Shown here one piece after another: positions 63,305 through 64,000 of a DNA stretch of 64,000 bases. Origin of the DNA: Eledone cirrhosa. Its lineage: Eukaryota. Location of the stretch: assembly GCA_964016885.1 (NCBI GenBank), contig OZ024740.1, positions 30,938,001 through 31,002,000 of the forward strand, read 5' to 3'. The position numbers and the translations under genes were made by a program. Positions within the stretch are counted from its first letter, which is position 1; each line of letters opens with the position of its first letter. The notes beneath the pieces were generated by a model. It saw nothing but the letters and a program-made list of their open reading frames with translations, searched no databases and had not been told where the DNA came from.

Positions 63305-64000
63305 ATTAAAAAAAAACAAAAATAAACCCACTTATTGACACTCACGGCACACACACATAAATTAAAATAAATTAAAATTCAAACCACAAAATTTCCCCAA
63401 TAAGGGGGAAGCCTCCGAGGGTCACTCATGGCGAAAACCACACAAAAGACCACGGCCACCCTGACCACCAGGGCAAGTGCCCTCTCTCACTTTTCCCACT
63501 CCTCAGTCTACATGCATATACTCAGAGTAGCCCTGTTCACTCAGACCAGACTCGCCACTTTCACCCACCTTTCAACAAACTTACTAGAAGACAGCACTTG
63601 CCTCTCCACCCTTATTTTCCTCTTCAAGTGAAACTTGAAAAAGTTAATCAGGGATTGGCCGGAGAGGGAAGTGTCCGTCTTCAACCCTTTCAACCTTGTC
63701 CACCACACAATCTCTTTCACCATGGCCACCAGGCAGATGAAAACTGCCTGCCCTTCCTACTCTTTAAAGGAGGATGGCGAGGCTATCTGCACAATGGACT
63801 CAGTCGATAACCGGATCTGTCCTACACGCGACAGCAGCTGTTCGACATAGCTCCACAAGTCAGCAATTCTCGGGCACTGAACGAGTGCATGCAGGACGGT
63901 TTCGTCGCCCTGCGCGTATCTCGGACAGGCTCAGCTGACAGCACCTCTGTGTCTGTAGTGCTTATCCCGAACCAGCAACGCTCCCCAGTAGCACTGCCAG
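63305..64000 (-). mobile_element. 3' end of a second Tx1/L1-type LINE, decayed
   Basis: VKEIVWWTRLKGLKTDTSLSGQSLINFFKFHLKRKIRVERQVL is homologous to the C-terminus of ORF 39-2339. Confidence 0.88.

Overview
Animal genomic DNA; the SINE/LINE repertoire suggests an octopus-like cephalopod (inference). The window lies inside one + strand host gene that the ORF track misses. Five GT-AG exons (5993-6102, 7830-7888, 26100-26266, 56393-56546, 60151-60321) splice in phase into a SEA domain (GFR/SGST), an EGF-like region and a transmembrane helix, i.e. a membrane-mucin-like type I protein. The introns and flanks hold a Tx1/L1-type LINE, several RTE LINEs, a CRE fragment, a Neptune-type Penelope-like element (PLE), a Buster-type hAT, a DD37D maT element, MITEs and SINEs. 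One intron carries a ~29 kb array of a 23-bp satellite with kb-scale higher-order duplications. The most notable structure is a hammerhead-ribozyme cluster at 13.07-15.1 kb, with each element bounded by (TA)n. It comprises the PLE ending at a hammerhead cleavage site, a small fold-back with a truncated hammerhead, and an array of identical 310-bp units. Each full unit carries a complete type I hammerhead (retrozyme-like), and the array is inverted in the middle, so either strand could release the same 310-nt RNA. All calls are by eye; no alignment or folding was run.
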